Shown here: positions 50,565 to 59,594 of the stretch, piece after piece | Numbering within the stretch: position 1 is the stretch's first letter | Layout of the letters: the number at the start of each line of letters is the position of its first letter | Assembly (NCBI GenBank): GCA_045540375.1 | Contig: JAZQHD010000146.1 | Coordinates: 32,117-96,116 of the forward strand | Length of the DNA: 64,000 nucleotides | Source: Ructibacterium sp. | GTDB lineage: Bacteria; Bacillota; Clostridia; Monoglobales; Monoglobaceae | Direction of reading: 5' to 3' | Notes under the pieces: model-generated | Database searches by the model: none | Told to the model about the DNA's origin: nothing | The model's input: the letters and a program-made list of their open reading frames with translations, nothing else | Made by a program: the position numbers and the translations under genes

Positions 50565-51434
50565 ATGCAAAATCAGGAGTTTGATTATCAATTCACAGAA
50601 GTTTTATGTCCGGATCTGAAAATTATCTTTATTACTGACGAAAATACAACTATTGCAAGTGATAGCGATATCCACATGCATTCTTTCTGGGAATTATTTT
50701 ATCTGCAAAAAGGCAATCTCTCTGTTGCATGTGATACCCAAACTTTTGAACTGTCAAAAAACCAGGCATTGCTGATTCCTCCTAATGCCTATCATAGCAC
50801 AAAATATGATTCCGATTCAGTCAAAACCAGCATCTTTTTCACTTTTGAAAAACTCAAAACAAAAGGAAACGATCCTCTGTTCGACGAGGTCCATCAAACC
50901 TTTTCGCAAAGCGGTTTTCTTCAACTTTACGACCCCTATATCGGGCATCTTTTAGATACATTTTTCGAGAATCATTCTGGCAAAAAAATAGGCAAACTCT
51001 GGAGAATTAAATCCACCATTACTGAACTTATTTTCTATCTTTATGACAGCATCAAAGGAGACATTTCTCTGTCCCACCCTCTCCCTATGCAGCAAAATAC
51101 CTATTGGCTCTACAAATATGCCATTGACCGTTTGTTGGACATTCATTATATACATGACATCAGTTTGGAAGAATTAAGTGAAAAACTATCTCTTTCACCA
51201 CAAAACATTACCAGAATCATTTCGTCGGCTTATGGGAAAAGTTTTAATACCCTAAAACTAGAATTAAAAATGAGAAATGCAAAAAAACTACTGCGCGAAA
51301 CCGACCTTTCGGTGAATGAAATTGGTTGCCGAATCGGCTACACCTCCTCACGAGGTTTTTTCTCTGCATTTTTAAAATATGAAAAATGTACTCCAAGTGA
51401 ATACCGGAAGAGATGTGAAAATAACGAGATATAG
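50565..51434 (+). CDS. AraC family regulator (cupin + HTH)
   Basis: HMHSFWE cupin, IPPNAYH; C-terminal IGY.S..GF..AF.K...TPSEYR. Confidence 0.9.
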   Translation: MQNQEFDYQFTEVLCPDLKIIFITDENTTIASDSDIHMHSFWELFYLQKGNLSVACDTQTFELSKNQALLIPPNAYHSTKYDSDSVKTSIFFTFEKLKTKGNDPLFDEVHQTFSQSGFLQLYDPYIGHLLDTFFENHSGKKIGKLWRIKSTITELIFYLYDSIKGDISLSHPLPMQQNTYWLYKYAIDRLLDIHYIHDISLEELSEKLSLSPQNITRIISSAYGKSFNTLKLELKMRNAKKLLRETDLSVNEIGCRIGYTSSRGFFSAFLKYEKCTPSEYRKRCENNEI

Positions 51435-51601
51435 CTAGCTTTATTTTATAAATACCAAATTTATGTCATAATTTTAAAATGTATATTACGTTCTGATTAA
51501 TGATTAACTATAGTATTGGTTGTCGAATAGTCTATGACAACACACCCACTGCCGAAGAAACCGCCTTTGCATTAAGCAAACACGAGTTCTTCGACAAACT
51601 G

Positions 51602-51627
51602 AGAGGAGCAGTTTTCACTGCTCCTCT
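51602..51627. terminator. Terminator hairpin of pdaB-like remnant 2
   Basis: Identical hairpin to 48123..48148. Confidence 0.75.
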
Positions 51628-51629
51628 TG

Positions 51630-51863
51630 TTATTTTTGGTACTGTTTTCCTGCTTGGTCAATGGCATAGTTTTCGGTATAAATGAGTTCCGAAATCGGAA
51701 CAAACTGATAGCCATCGTTTTGCAGTTTTTCAATAATTCCCGGTAGTGCCTTTGGTGTATGCTTTGCTGCATTATGAAATAGCACAATGGAGCCACAGTT
51801 CACTTTCTCTGTTACCCGTTTGGTAATTTCTGCTGCAGATAAGTCTTTCCAATCCAAACTGTC
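51630..51863 (-). pseudogene. 3' remnant 2 of a PdaB-like polysaccharide deacetylase
   Basis: DSLDWKDLSAAEITKRVTEKVNCGSIVLFHNAAKHTPKALP..GYQFVPISELIY..QYQK*. NodB motifs 4-5 only; no 5' part. Confidence 0.87.
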
Positions 51864-51920
51864 CCTACTTGCAACGGATGGAAATGATCATAAGCAAAAA
51901 GTTTGCTTCCTTTTTTATAA

Positions 51921-52802
51921 TTAAACACTTCTAAAGCCACGACCAATGATCTCGCTGCTACTGGTAACAATTATGAATGCACTAGGATCAATTTCTTTAA
52001 TTCTTTTTTTCAACCTGATTGCTTCTATCCGTTTACATACTGTATGAATCATTACTTTTTGTTCTTTTGTAAATTCACCGACAACATTGCCGACAGTAAC
52101 ACCGTGATGAAGGTTTTTTATTATAAAATCAGAGATTTCCTCTCGTTTGTTCGTAATAACAATAAAATACTTACACACATCAAAACTTTCAATGACGCTA
52201 TCAACCAAAAAGGCCTTCGCAAACAATCCAAGCATTGAGAACAAACCTGTCTGTATATTAAAAACAAAGAACGAACTCATAGCGACAACAAAATCAACCG
52301 TCAGTAATGCTTTTCCCACATCAAGACTTGTATATTTTTTTAGAATTAAGGCTGCAATATCAGTTCCGCCAGCAGAAGCATCGCTGTAAAAAACCATTGC
52401 TGATCCAATAGCGGTAAGAAGCATCGCATACACTAATTCTAACAGCGGTTGATTGGTAAGCGGGGATGCAAGGGGTATAAACAATTCAAATATATAGGTG
52501 AGAGCTGAATAAAACATACTGCAATATATTGTTTTGAAACCGTTTCCCCAGCCTAAAAACAAAAACCCAAACAACAAAAGCACAATATTTAAAACCCAAA
52601 TCCATACAGCAGGCGTTACAGGAAAAAGTTTTCCAAGTACTGTACCAATACCTGCCACTCCTCCTGTTACAAATCCATTAGGAATTTTAAAGAAATATAC
52701 CCCGACCGAAAGAAGGATACACCCAATATTCATAAAAAGAAATTTTTTATACTTTGCATTTTTCATTGTTATCGCCCTCTCTTCTGCTGCATTTATCAAC
52801 AT
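51921..52802 (-). CDS. YitT family membrane protein
   Basis: TGGVAGI, AGGTDI, HGVT, IKEIDPSAFI..IIGRGF. Start could be the later Met (MKNAK). Confidence 0.88.
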   Translation of the reverse strand: MLINAAEERAITMKNAKYKKFLFMNIGCILLSVGVYFFKIPNGFVTGGVAGIGTVLGKLFPVTPAVWIWVLNIVLLLFGFLFLGWGNGFKTIYCSMFYSALTYIFELFIPLASPLTNQPLLELVYAMLLTAIGSAMVFYSDASAGGTDIAALILKKYTSLDVGKALLTVDFVVAMSSFFVFNIQTGLFSMLGLFAKAFLVDSVIESFDVCKYFIVITNKREEISDFIIKNLHHGVTVGNVVGEFTKEQKVMIHTVCKRIEAIRLKKRIKEIDPSAFIIVTSSSEIIGRGFRSV

Positions 52803-52836
52803 TTTGATAACCGTTTTGCTTTATTATCGAAATACT

Positions 52837-53727
52837 CTAACACTTTTTTGCGGATTTTATATCTTTTAAAGCAATCACAATGCTTGCAGCAATCACAAAA
52901 ACTGAACCTATTGCCGTGAGTATGGTTACTGGTTCATTAAAAACCATAATTCCTGCCAAAATACTTGTGACAGGTTCTAGCGTACTTAAGACAGATGCTC
53001 TGCCACCACCGATTAGGAATGTACCTTTTTGGAAAAGGACAACCGCGCCAACATTTAAAGATATGGAAAACAGAAGTGTCAGAAACCATCCCGATACAGA
53101 TTGAGGAACCATAAGTTGATTGGTAATAAGACAAACCAAGAACATAACAACAGACGAAAACAGAGCAATATATAAGCTGAATGTAAACCCAGATATTTCT
53201 TTGTGCTTAAATCCAGATAGACTGATAACATAAATTGCGTAGGTAACACCGGATGCAAGTGCAAAAACACTACCTTCCAGATTAATTGAACTATTTTTGT
53301 TATAGAATAGCATAATGCCGATTCCGCAAAGAACAACGCTTACTATGTGCTCCTTACAAAGCTTGTTTTTCAAAAAAATATACTCTCCCAGCACTACAAC
53401 AGCAGGATAAATAAAATGAAAAACCGTAGCAGTTCCTGATGGAATATGGTTGTAGGAATGAAATAAAAGCAACGGCGTGATACAACATCCCATCAATGCA
53501 ATAAAACATATTCGAGGAATCACAGAGGTCTTAATTTTAACCGAACCCTTCGTGAGAAAGGAAAGCAACAAAAGAAATGGAACAGATAAAACATTTCGAA
53601 AAAGAACAAGGCTTTGTGGATTGGTTCCTTCTGCATAGATAAACTTTGCCATAAGAGGCATAAGCCCAAATATCATTGCACTTAAAATGATAAACAGATA
53701 GCCTAATAACAAACTATTTCGCTTCAT
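52837..53727 (-). CDS. EamA/DMT family transporter
   Basis: About 10 TM; FIYPAVV, STLEPVT two-repeat pattern. Confidence 0.88.
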   Translation of the reverse strand: MKRNSLLLGYLFIILSAMIFGLMPLMAKFIYAEGTNPQSLVLFRNVLSVPFLLLLSFLTKGSVKIKTSVIPRICFIALMGCCITPLLLFHSYNHIPSGTATVFHFIYPAVVVLGEYIFLKNKLCKEHIVSVVLCGIGIMLFYNKNSSINLEGSVFALASGVTYAIYVISLSGFKHKEISGFTFSLYIALFSSVVMFLVCLITNQLMVPQSVSGWFLTLLFSISLNVGAVVLFQKGTFLIGGGRASVLSTLEPVTSILAGIMVFNEPVTILTAIGSVFVIAASIVIALKDIKSAKKC

Positions 53728-53737
53728 AACGCATCAC

Positions 53738-54574
53738 CTAAAATGTAAAGTTCTTAAACAGAATCTCAGATTCTTTCATATATTCAAGGGTTTTTGTACC
53801 GCTTTTCAAAACCATGAAATTACACAGACAATCTGTTATGCACATAGGAGCGGCGTAAGAATTTTTTATCCCATTTATGTCAACAAAACACGGAAGAATG
53901 ACACTCGCATCATTTTTGATTTCATCATACGGGGGAGAGGTTACCAATATAACAGTTACACCTCTTTTTTTGAGTGCCTTCAAAATTTGTGTCGATTGTT
54001 TGGTATATCTATGAAACAAATAACAGACACAAACATCCCCTTGTTCCAAACTTAGTAAAGATTCAATTTCTCCACTTTGCCCTGCTGATAACATAAATAC
54101 ATTACTGCGAACCGTCAAAAACCTGGTGTATGCATAATGCGCGAGAGCGTAAGCTTCTTTAAGTCCAAAACAAAAAAGGCGTTTTGCTCGAATGATTTCA
54201 TCTACCGTATGAGAAATGATATTTTCTGAAAGATTTGCAAAGGTCTTTTCAATACAAGATATCGCATTGATTGCGTATTTCGGAAACTGAAGCCCCGAAG
54301 ATTCGGAGTCCGTCGTAATTCTAAATTTATCAGGAAGGGTGAGTTGATAATTAAGTCCCTTTCTGATTTCATCTTGAAACGCCTTGTAACCTGCAAATCC
54401 GTTTTTTCTGCAAAACCGCAGAACAGATGTTGTACTGGTATTTATTTTCTCTGCAATAGAGTCAAGTGTTTCAAAGGCAAATTCATTCGGGTTCTCAAAA
54501 AAATATCTTGCAACAGTATGCTCTGACTTTGTCATTTTATCTACGTTAGATTTTATCACTTCTATTATGTTCAT
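53738..54574 (-). CDS. MurR/RpiR family transcriptional regulator
   Basis: TKSE..VA.Y, SVLRFCRKNGFAGY..F HTH; C-terminal SIS domain. Confidence 0.9.
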   Translation of the reverse strand: MNIIEVIKSNVDKMTKSEHTVARYFFENPNEFAFETLDSIAEKINTSTTSVLRFCRKNGFAGYKAFQDEIRKGLNYQLTLPDKFRITTDSESSGLQFPKYAINAISCIEKTFANLSENIISHTVDEIIRAKRLFCFGLKEAYALAHYAYTRFLTVRSNVFMLSAGQSGEIESLLSLEQGDVCVCYLFHRYTKQSTQILKALKKRGVTVILVTSPPYDEIKNDASVILPCFVDINGIKNSYAAPMCITDCLCNFMVLKSGTKTLEYMKESEILFKNFTF

Positions 54575-54598
54575 AGTAACTCCTCACTTTCGCATCCT

Positions 54599-54627
54599 AT
54601 TATATAGTATTATCTTTAAGAATGCAA
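54599..54627 (-). promoter_or_regulatory. sigmaA promoter of rpiR-eamA-yitT
   Basis: Minus strand TTGCAT-17 nt-TATAAT. Confidence 0.7.
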
Positions 54628-54631
54628 CACT

Positions 54632-54651
54632 TTTGTAGTAAATACTACAAA
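54632..54651. promoter_or_regulatory. Palindromic operator O1 (RpiR/HexR-type)
   Basis: TTTGTAGTA-AA-TACTACAAA perfect palindrome between divergent promoters. Confidence 0.75.
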
Positions 54652-54687
54652 CTCAATGTACAACCTCTTAAATTTCCTAATTATTTC

Positions 54688-54716
54688 TTGACATTATCCA
54701 TTATAACGCCTATAAT
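54688..54716 (+). promoter_or_regulatory. Consensus sigmaA promoter of the OCD-like gene
   Basis: TTGACA-17 nt-TATAAT exact. Confidence 0.85.
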
Positions 54717-54749
54717 AAAAAAGTAAATCCTACATTTTTGAACAAAAGA

Positions 54750-54765
54750 TGTAATTAAAACTACA
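54750..54765. promoter_or_regulatory. Operator O3 abutting the RBS
   Basis: TGTAATTAAAACTACA, same TGTA-N8-TACA geometry as O1. Confidence 0.65.
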
Positions 54766-54779
54766 AGGAGGAATTGTAA

Positions 54780-55898
54780 GTGGGAAGAAAAACAGAGTTT
54801 TTGTATTTAAGTGAAGAAGATATGATTGCAGCAGGGGTGCTTGATTTTGGACGTTGCATCAATGTTGAAGAAGAAGTTTTTAAACTTTTAAGTATGGGGG
54901 ACTATGTCATGGGCGGTGACAAGGCAAATTCTCATGGAATCATGATGAAATTTCCAAAAGAAAGTCCATTTCCCAATATGCCGAAAGACGCACCAGACAG
55001 ACGTTTTATGGCTATGCCTGCCTATGTAGGGGGGAGATTTCATGTTGCAGGACAGAAATGGTATGGTTCAAACATCATTAACCCAGAAAGAGGTCTGCCA
55101 CGTTCCATTTTAATGGTAATGCTCAACGACGTGGATACTTGCGAACCCCTTGCATTGATGTCAGGAAACCTGATCAGCTCGGTTCGTACCGGATGTGTCC
55201 CAGGTGTCGGTGTTAGACATCTGGCAAACCCCAACGCCTCCGTTTGTTCCTGTATTGGGGCAGGACCTGTCAGCAAGGCCTGCTTTGATGGAATTATTCA
55301 CGAAGCAAAAAACCTTAAAGAGTTGATTGTTTGCGATCTGATACTGGAAAAAGCAGAAGCGTTCGCAAAGGAAATGAGCGAAAAATATGGCATTAAAGCG
55401 AAGGGTATTACCTCTCTTGAGGATGCAGTGTGTGCTGGTGATATCGTAAGTATTGCTGCATCCTCAGTCAAACCCATCCAACTAAAAAACGAATGGCTGA
55501 AAGAGGGATCACTTCTTATCTTCTCCGGCAGAGGATGTGTTGATGAAGAATATTTCACATCTGCAAAAACGATTTGGGATAACACCAAAATGCACGAGGT
55601 ATATTTTGACGAGCATCTTCTTCTCCCCGAAAACGAACGCTTTATCAATGGCATTGCAGTGCAGATTTATCGATTTATGTATGAAGGTAAATTACCCCCT
55701 ATAACACAAGGAATTAGTCTCGGGGACATCATCTGTGGTACAAATCCCGGTCGTGTGTCAGAAAAAGAAAGGCTTTGCTTTATTGCAAGCGGTATGCCGG
55801 TATGGGATGTTGCTTGGGGATATGAACTGTACGAAAACGCAAAGGAAAAAGGTCTTGGTCAATCCTTAAAGCTATGGGATAGTCCCTATCTTGCTTAA
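54780..55898 (+). CDS. Ornithine cyclodeaminase/mu-crystallin family protein
   Basis: RFMAMPAY.GG, KWYGSN, RTG..PG, IGAG, GMPVWD. Confidence 0.85.
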   Translation: MGRKTEFLYLSEEDMIAAGVLDFGRCINVEEEVFKLLSMGDYVMGGDKANSHGIMMKFPKESPFPNMPKDAPDRRFMAMPAYVGGRFHVAGQKWYGSNIINPERGLPRSILMVMLNDVDTCEPLALMSGNLISSVRTGCVPGVGVRHLANPNASVCSCIGAGPVSKACFDGIIHEAKNLKELIVCDLILEKAEAFAKEMSEKYGIKAKGITSLEDAVCAGDIVSIAASSVKPIQLKNEWLKEGSLLIFSGRGCVDEEYFTSAKTIWDNTKMHEVYFDEHLLLPENERFINGIAVQIYRFMYEGKLPPITQGISLGDIICGTNPGRVSEKERLCFIASGMPVWDVAWGYELYENAKEKGLGQSLKLWDSPYLA

Positions 55899-55928
55899 TA
55901 GTTAGAAATTTAAAATATTAATCCAAAT

Positions 55929-55954
55929 GAGCATACCACAAATGTGGTATGCTC
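55929..55954. terminator. Terminator between convergent OCD-like and manA genes
   Basis: GAGCATACCACA-AA-TGTGGTATGCTC. Confidence 0.72.
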
Positions 55955-56060
55955 TGTCTTTTGCATCTCGTAAGACGAAGGAGTGTTACGTCTCCCAAGA
56001 TGCAAGCTTATTAGTAAATTGATTCTCCGGTCCTCTTCACAAACCTATTAATTTCCCCTC

Positions 56061-57008
56061 CTATATCAGTTGGTTCTGTACCAAAAGAATTGTCGCATCT
56101 CCCAAAATAGTATAAGAACCCAAACTTGCCGGAATAAATACAGTTTCGCCTGTTGTAAGGGGCATACAATCTGTCTTTGTTTTTAGTTCCGCTGTTCCGT
56201 CTACTACCACAATGGCATGATAGCTTTTTTCATCGGCAAGAAACTCTTTCTTTCCATCAACCTTTATCTCTTTCACAGAGAAATACTTGCAATTGGCAAG
56301 AAGTCTGTTTCCGTCAGAGAGGACAGGTATATCCTGTGGTTTTGCTTTACGACAATTTGCAGCCTTAATCCCTTTTTCGATATGTAACTCACGTTCTTTG
56401 CCGTCTTTTCCTTTTCTCCCGTAATCATAAAGTCGATAGGTAACATTTGAATTCTGCTGGATTTCTGCAATGACATTTCCTTTTCCTATGGCATGGACGG
56501 TTCCGGCCTCCACAAAGAATACATCACCCTTTTGGGATGGAACGGTATTTAAAAGCTCTTCAACCGTCTGACTTTCAATCGCACGTTTCAGTTCCTCTTT
56601 GGAAACATCTTGTTGCATACCGCAAGTCATCTTGGCGTCCTCGTCTGCCTGGACAACATACCATAGTTCAGTTTTGCCGTTTTGCCCTTCCCAGGCTCTT
56701 GCTTGCTCGTCATTGGGATGTACCTGAACACTTAAATCCTGCTTTGCATCAATCAATTTAATCAAAATCGGCAGTTCATTACTGCAGCATTGTGTCCCAA
56801 GGCAACCGGGATGTTCCTGAATATAAGACTCTAATATTCTTCCGTCATATTCACCGCCATCTATGATGCTCATTCCATCTTTATGACAACTAAGCTCCCA
56901 GCTCTCCGCCAGGGGAGTAATTCCTGTTTGCTTTCCATACATAGTGCGAAGTTTTTCTCCACCCCACAGATAATCCTTATATACTGGTTTTAACTTGATT
57001 GGTTTCAT
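56061..57008 (-). CDS. manA: Class I mannose-6-phosphate isomerase
   Basis: LWGG, AESWE, LIKLIDA..DLSVQVHP, KTELWY, GTVHAIG, EIQQNS..TYRLYDY. Confidence 0.9.
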   Translation of the reverse strand: MKPIKLKPVYKDYLWGGEKLRTMYGKQTGITPLAESWELSCHKDGMSIIDGGEYDGRILESYIQEHPGCLGTQCCSNELPILIKLIDAKQDLSVQVHPNDEQARAWEGQNGKTELWYVVQADEDAKMTCGMQQDVSKEELKRAIESQTVEELLNTVPSQKGDVFFVEAGTVHAIGKGNVIAEIQQNSNVTYRLYDYGRKGKDGKERELHIEKGIKAANCRKAKPQDIPVLSDGNRLLANCKYFSVKEIKVDGKKEFLADEKSYHAIVVVDGTAELKTKTDCMPLTTGETVFIPASLGSYTILGDATILLVQNQLI

Positions 57009-57037
57009 AAAACAATTACCTTCTCACTCAAACAAAA

Positions 57038-57697
57038 CTACAAACTCTTCAAAAACTCTCCCAGTCGTTCTGCAATCCTTTCGTGTCCTTTATCATTTGG
57101 ATGAAGACCATCCGGGAAGTATCTTTCCCGGATTGCAGGAATGTTGGGTTGTAAGCCAGAGTTTGCGAACAAATCACAAACCGGCAAGGAATAATATTGC
57201 GCTACTTCCCTGATGACTTCTACATATCTTGAAAGAGGAGCCACATCTTCCTCCTTGCACCCTTCACCTTTCAGATTCCATTCGCCAAGACGGTGCAAGG
57301 GGGTCATCACTACAATCGTACTTTCCGGGTACTTGTCGATCAGTTTCGCAAACAATTCATGACACGCCCCATAAAAGGTGTCAGGCGTTCTGTCGAGCAT
57401 CTTCCCTAAAGGAGCATCCCCATGTCCAAAATCATTGGTTCCTCCAAAGACGACGACAATATCTGCATCATTGCGCATTTTCTCTGCTCTTACGGAAAAG
57501 TATTCATCAAATTTCGGAGATGAACTCGGTGTCTTTTGCTTCGCAATTCTGGTTCCGCCAACACCATATCCTACTACTTCTTTTAACCCATACTTTTCCT
57601 TCAACACATTGTAATATCTTTTTTCCGGACAGGAAGCCAATGCCCCTTCTGTAATACTATCTCCCAAAAACAAAGCTGTTTTGTTCTTCAGTTCCAT
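57038..57697 (-). CDS. SGNH/GDSL hydrolase
   Basis: LGDSITEG, GGTND, DGLHPN..GH. Confidence 0.88.
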   Translation of the reverse strand: MELKNKTALFLGDSITEGALASCPEKRYYNVLKEKYGLKEVVGYGVGGTRIAKQKTPSSSPKFDEYFSVRAEKMRNDADIVVVFGGTNDFGHGDAPLGKMLDRTPDTFYGACHELFAKLIDKYPESTIVVMTPLHRLGEWNLKGEGCKEEDVAPLSRYVEVIREVAQYYSLPVCDLFANSGLQPNIPAIRERYFPDGLHPNDKGHERIAERLGEFLKSL

Positions 57698-57723
57698 AAC
57701 GATTCCTGCTTTCTTGCGAGCTT

Positions 57724-58923
57724 TTAGATTATATCCTTTTCGTGAAGAATCACTCCGGCATCAATAAGTCTTTCTTGGAGATCTATGATATTTAAGTCAG
57801 AAAAATCATCACACATTGCCGCCGCAGTTCCAGCAGCTTGACCTGTTACAGCACAACATGGAATTACCCGCATCACATCCCACATAGTTTCACTGACCGA
57901 GGTACAACGTCCTGCACAAATAAGATTTTTTACCTTAGAACTGTATAAAGTTCTGAACGGAACTTCATAGATAGGTCCTCTTTTCTTCCAATTAGAAATC
58001 ATTCCAATTGAATCCTCAAAGTATTTATGTTCTTCTTTTTCAGACAATTCATATTCACCAACAATTTTTCTTGTCATTCTGATTTGTGGAATTGTAGCGA
58101 TGGTTACCGGGAAAACAGATTTATCCGTTTTCCGCTTCTTCAAAAAATCCTGAAGGGTGGATTGATGGGACATACACATCTGCTCCGACAGCTCTTCGCC
58201 ATCAAGTCCGGAAAATCTGCGATTAGAGAGCATTTTCAGGCTATTCTTTTCCGTTTTTTCCTCATCGGGGATATCTGCATAACCTACCATATTAAGCTTA
58301 TAACCTTCGTTTCCCGTAGAGTAATACCACGCCGCAAGCACATTCCCTTGCTTGAAATTCTCGGTAGGTGCCCCTGCAAAATGTGCTATATCACAATCTC
58401 CGGTGGCGTCTACAACGGTCTTTATTTGATATGCAACCCGTCCGGACTTGTTTTCCGTTATGATATGACTAATTCTTTCTTGCTCGCTCTTCACATCAAC
58501 CACATAGGTTCCATACATAACGTCAACTCCTTCATCAAGAAGAAGCTTTTCTGCCAATATGGCAAAAAGCTGAGGATTGAACTGAACCTCATAACGCTTA
58601 TCCTTTTCGCCCCGCGAGCCACAATTGTCAAGCCAGTTTTCCGGATACCGGTCTTCCGCACCATAAGATATAGATAGTCGCAAAAGTTCCTCTGCAATCC
58701 CATAGGAAACTTGATGTCCAAACCCATCACACAAGGGGAGATATATGGTAACAATTCCGGCAGTTCCAAGGCCGCCGAGCATATACTGCTTTTCAAAAAG
58801 AACAACCTTGCTTCCTTGTCTTGCAGCCGCAAGAGCCGCGGATATTCCGGCAAAGCCACCACCGCAAACGGCAACATCATATTCTTTTTTTACTTCAATT
58901 TGTCTGCTTTCGTTCAAGAACAT
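57724..58923 (-). CDS. FAD-dependent oxidoreductase (FAD_oxidored family)
   Basis: CGGGFAGISAALAAAR, DATGD, VPFRTL..NLICAGRC, RVIPCC..TGQAAG. Start MFLNES behind GGAGTGG. Confidence 0.87.
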   Translation of the reverse strand: MFLNESRQIEVKKEYDVAVCGGGFAGISAALAAARQGSKVVLFEKQYMLGGLGTAGIVTIYLPLCDGFGHQVSYGIAEELLRLSISYGAEDRYPENWLDNCGSRGEKDKRYEVQFNPQLFAILAEKLLLDEGVDVMYGTYVVDVKSEQERISHIITENKSGRVAYQIKTVVDATGDCDIAHFAGAPTENFKQGNVLAAWYYSTGNEGYKLNMVGYADIPDEEKTEKNSLKMLSNRRFSGLDGEELSEQMCMSHQSTLQDFLKKRKTDKSVFPVTIATIPQIRMTRKIVGEYELSEKEEHKYFEDSIGMISNWKKRGPIYEVPFRTLYSSKVKNLICAGRCTSVSETMWDVMRVIPCCAVTGQAAGTAAAMCDDFSDLNIIDLQERLIDAGVILHEKDII

Positions 58924-58937
58924 AGTATCCACTCCTT

Positions 58938-59555
58938 CTACTCCAGAACAAACTTTCCAAAACACTCCGGAGCATGAAATTCAGGTTTTTCCGTTTTAAT
59001 TGGATAGTAAGACGCTCTGTGCTTCGTCTCCTTGTTCCCGCAGCATTTATGTAAGTTCCCAAACATATTCTTGGTATGGCTATCAAAAATACTGTCGATA
59101 TATTCAAAGGGGACAACAAATTGAATCACCCATTTTGAAGCATCAACCACAGACTGAACTTCAAAAAAATACTTATCCACGTCCGGAAGAAAAAAATCAT
59201 ATCTTGATGTCCGCACTCCAAGATACATCGTTCCAAGAGGATTAAATTCAAAATTTAAATATCTGGGATCAGCTTCATTTGGACGAAAGAAGAACTCCAT
59301 ACAACTATCTTCGCATACATCACTATTCTGCTCTCTTCTTTCCGCAAAAAGAGGTGCTTCATCCGTTTCAAGACGAATGTGCATGCCATAATCACTGTAA
59401 AGTATTCTAGCTGTTGTATTCGGCATATAATCTGACACTCTTTGCTCCGGCCAGCTATCCAGTTTCACCTCAGCAACCTGCGCCTTTTCCCACTCTTTGT
59501 CATAAATATCCTGAATCTTTGCATCTGTCTTTTTAATTATGTACATTGGTTTCAT
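58938..59555 (-). CDS. CBM9-like (DOMON-like) carbohydrate-binding protein
   Basis: VCEDSCMEFF, YLNFEFNPLG, GNLHKC, PEFHAPECFG. Confidence 0.78.
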   Translation of the reverse strand: MKPMYIIKKTDAKIQDIYDKEWEKAQVAEVKLDSWPEQRVSDYMPNTTARILYSDYGMHIRLETDEAPLFAERREQNSDVCEDSCMEFFFRPNEADPRYLNFEFNPLGTMYLGVRTSRYDFFLPDVDKYFFEVQSVVDASKWVIQFVVPFEYIDSIFDSHTKNMFGNLHKCCGNKETKHRASYYPIKTEKPEFHAPECFGKFVLE

Positions 59556-59594
59556 CCCCTCCTGAAATCAATCAACAAATCTATCTAATTTTCG

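Noticed and set aside
48136-51857. The 75-aa ORFs at 48136 and 51630 as small functional proteins
   Set aside because: They lack the NodB catalytic and metal-binding N-terminal motifs and a credible RBS; treated as gene remnants.
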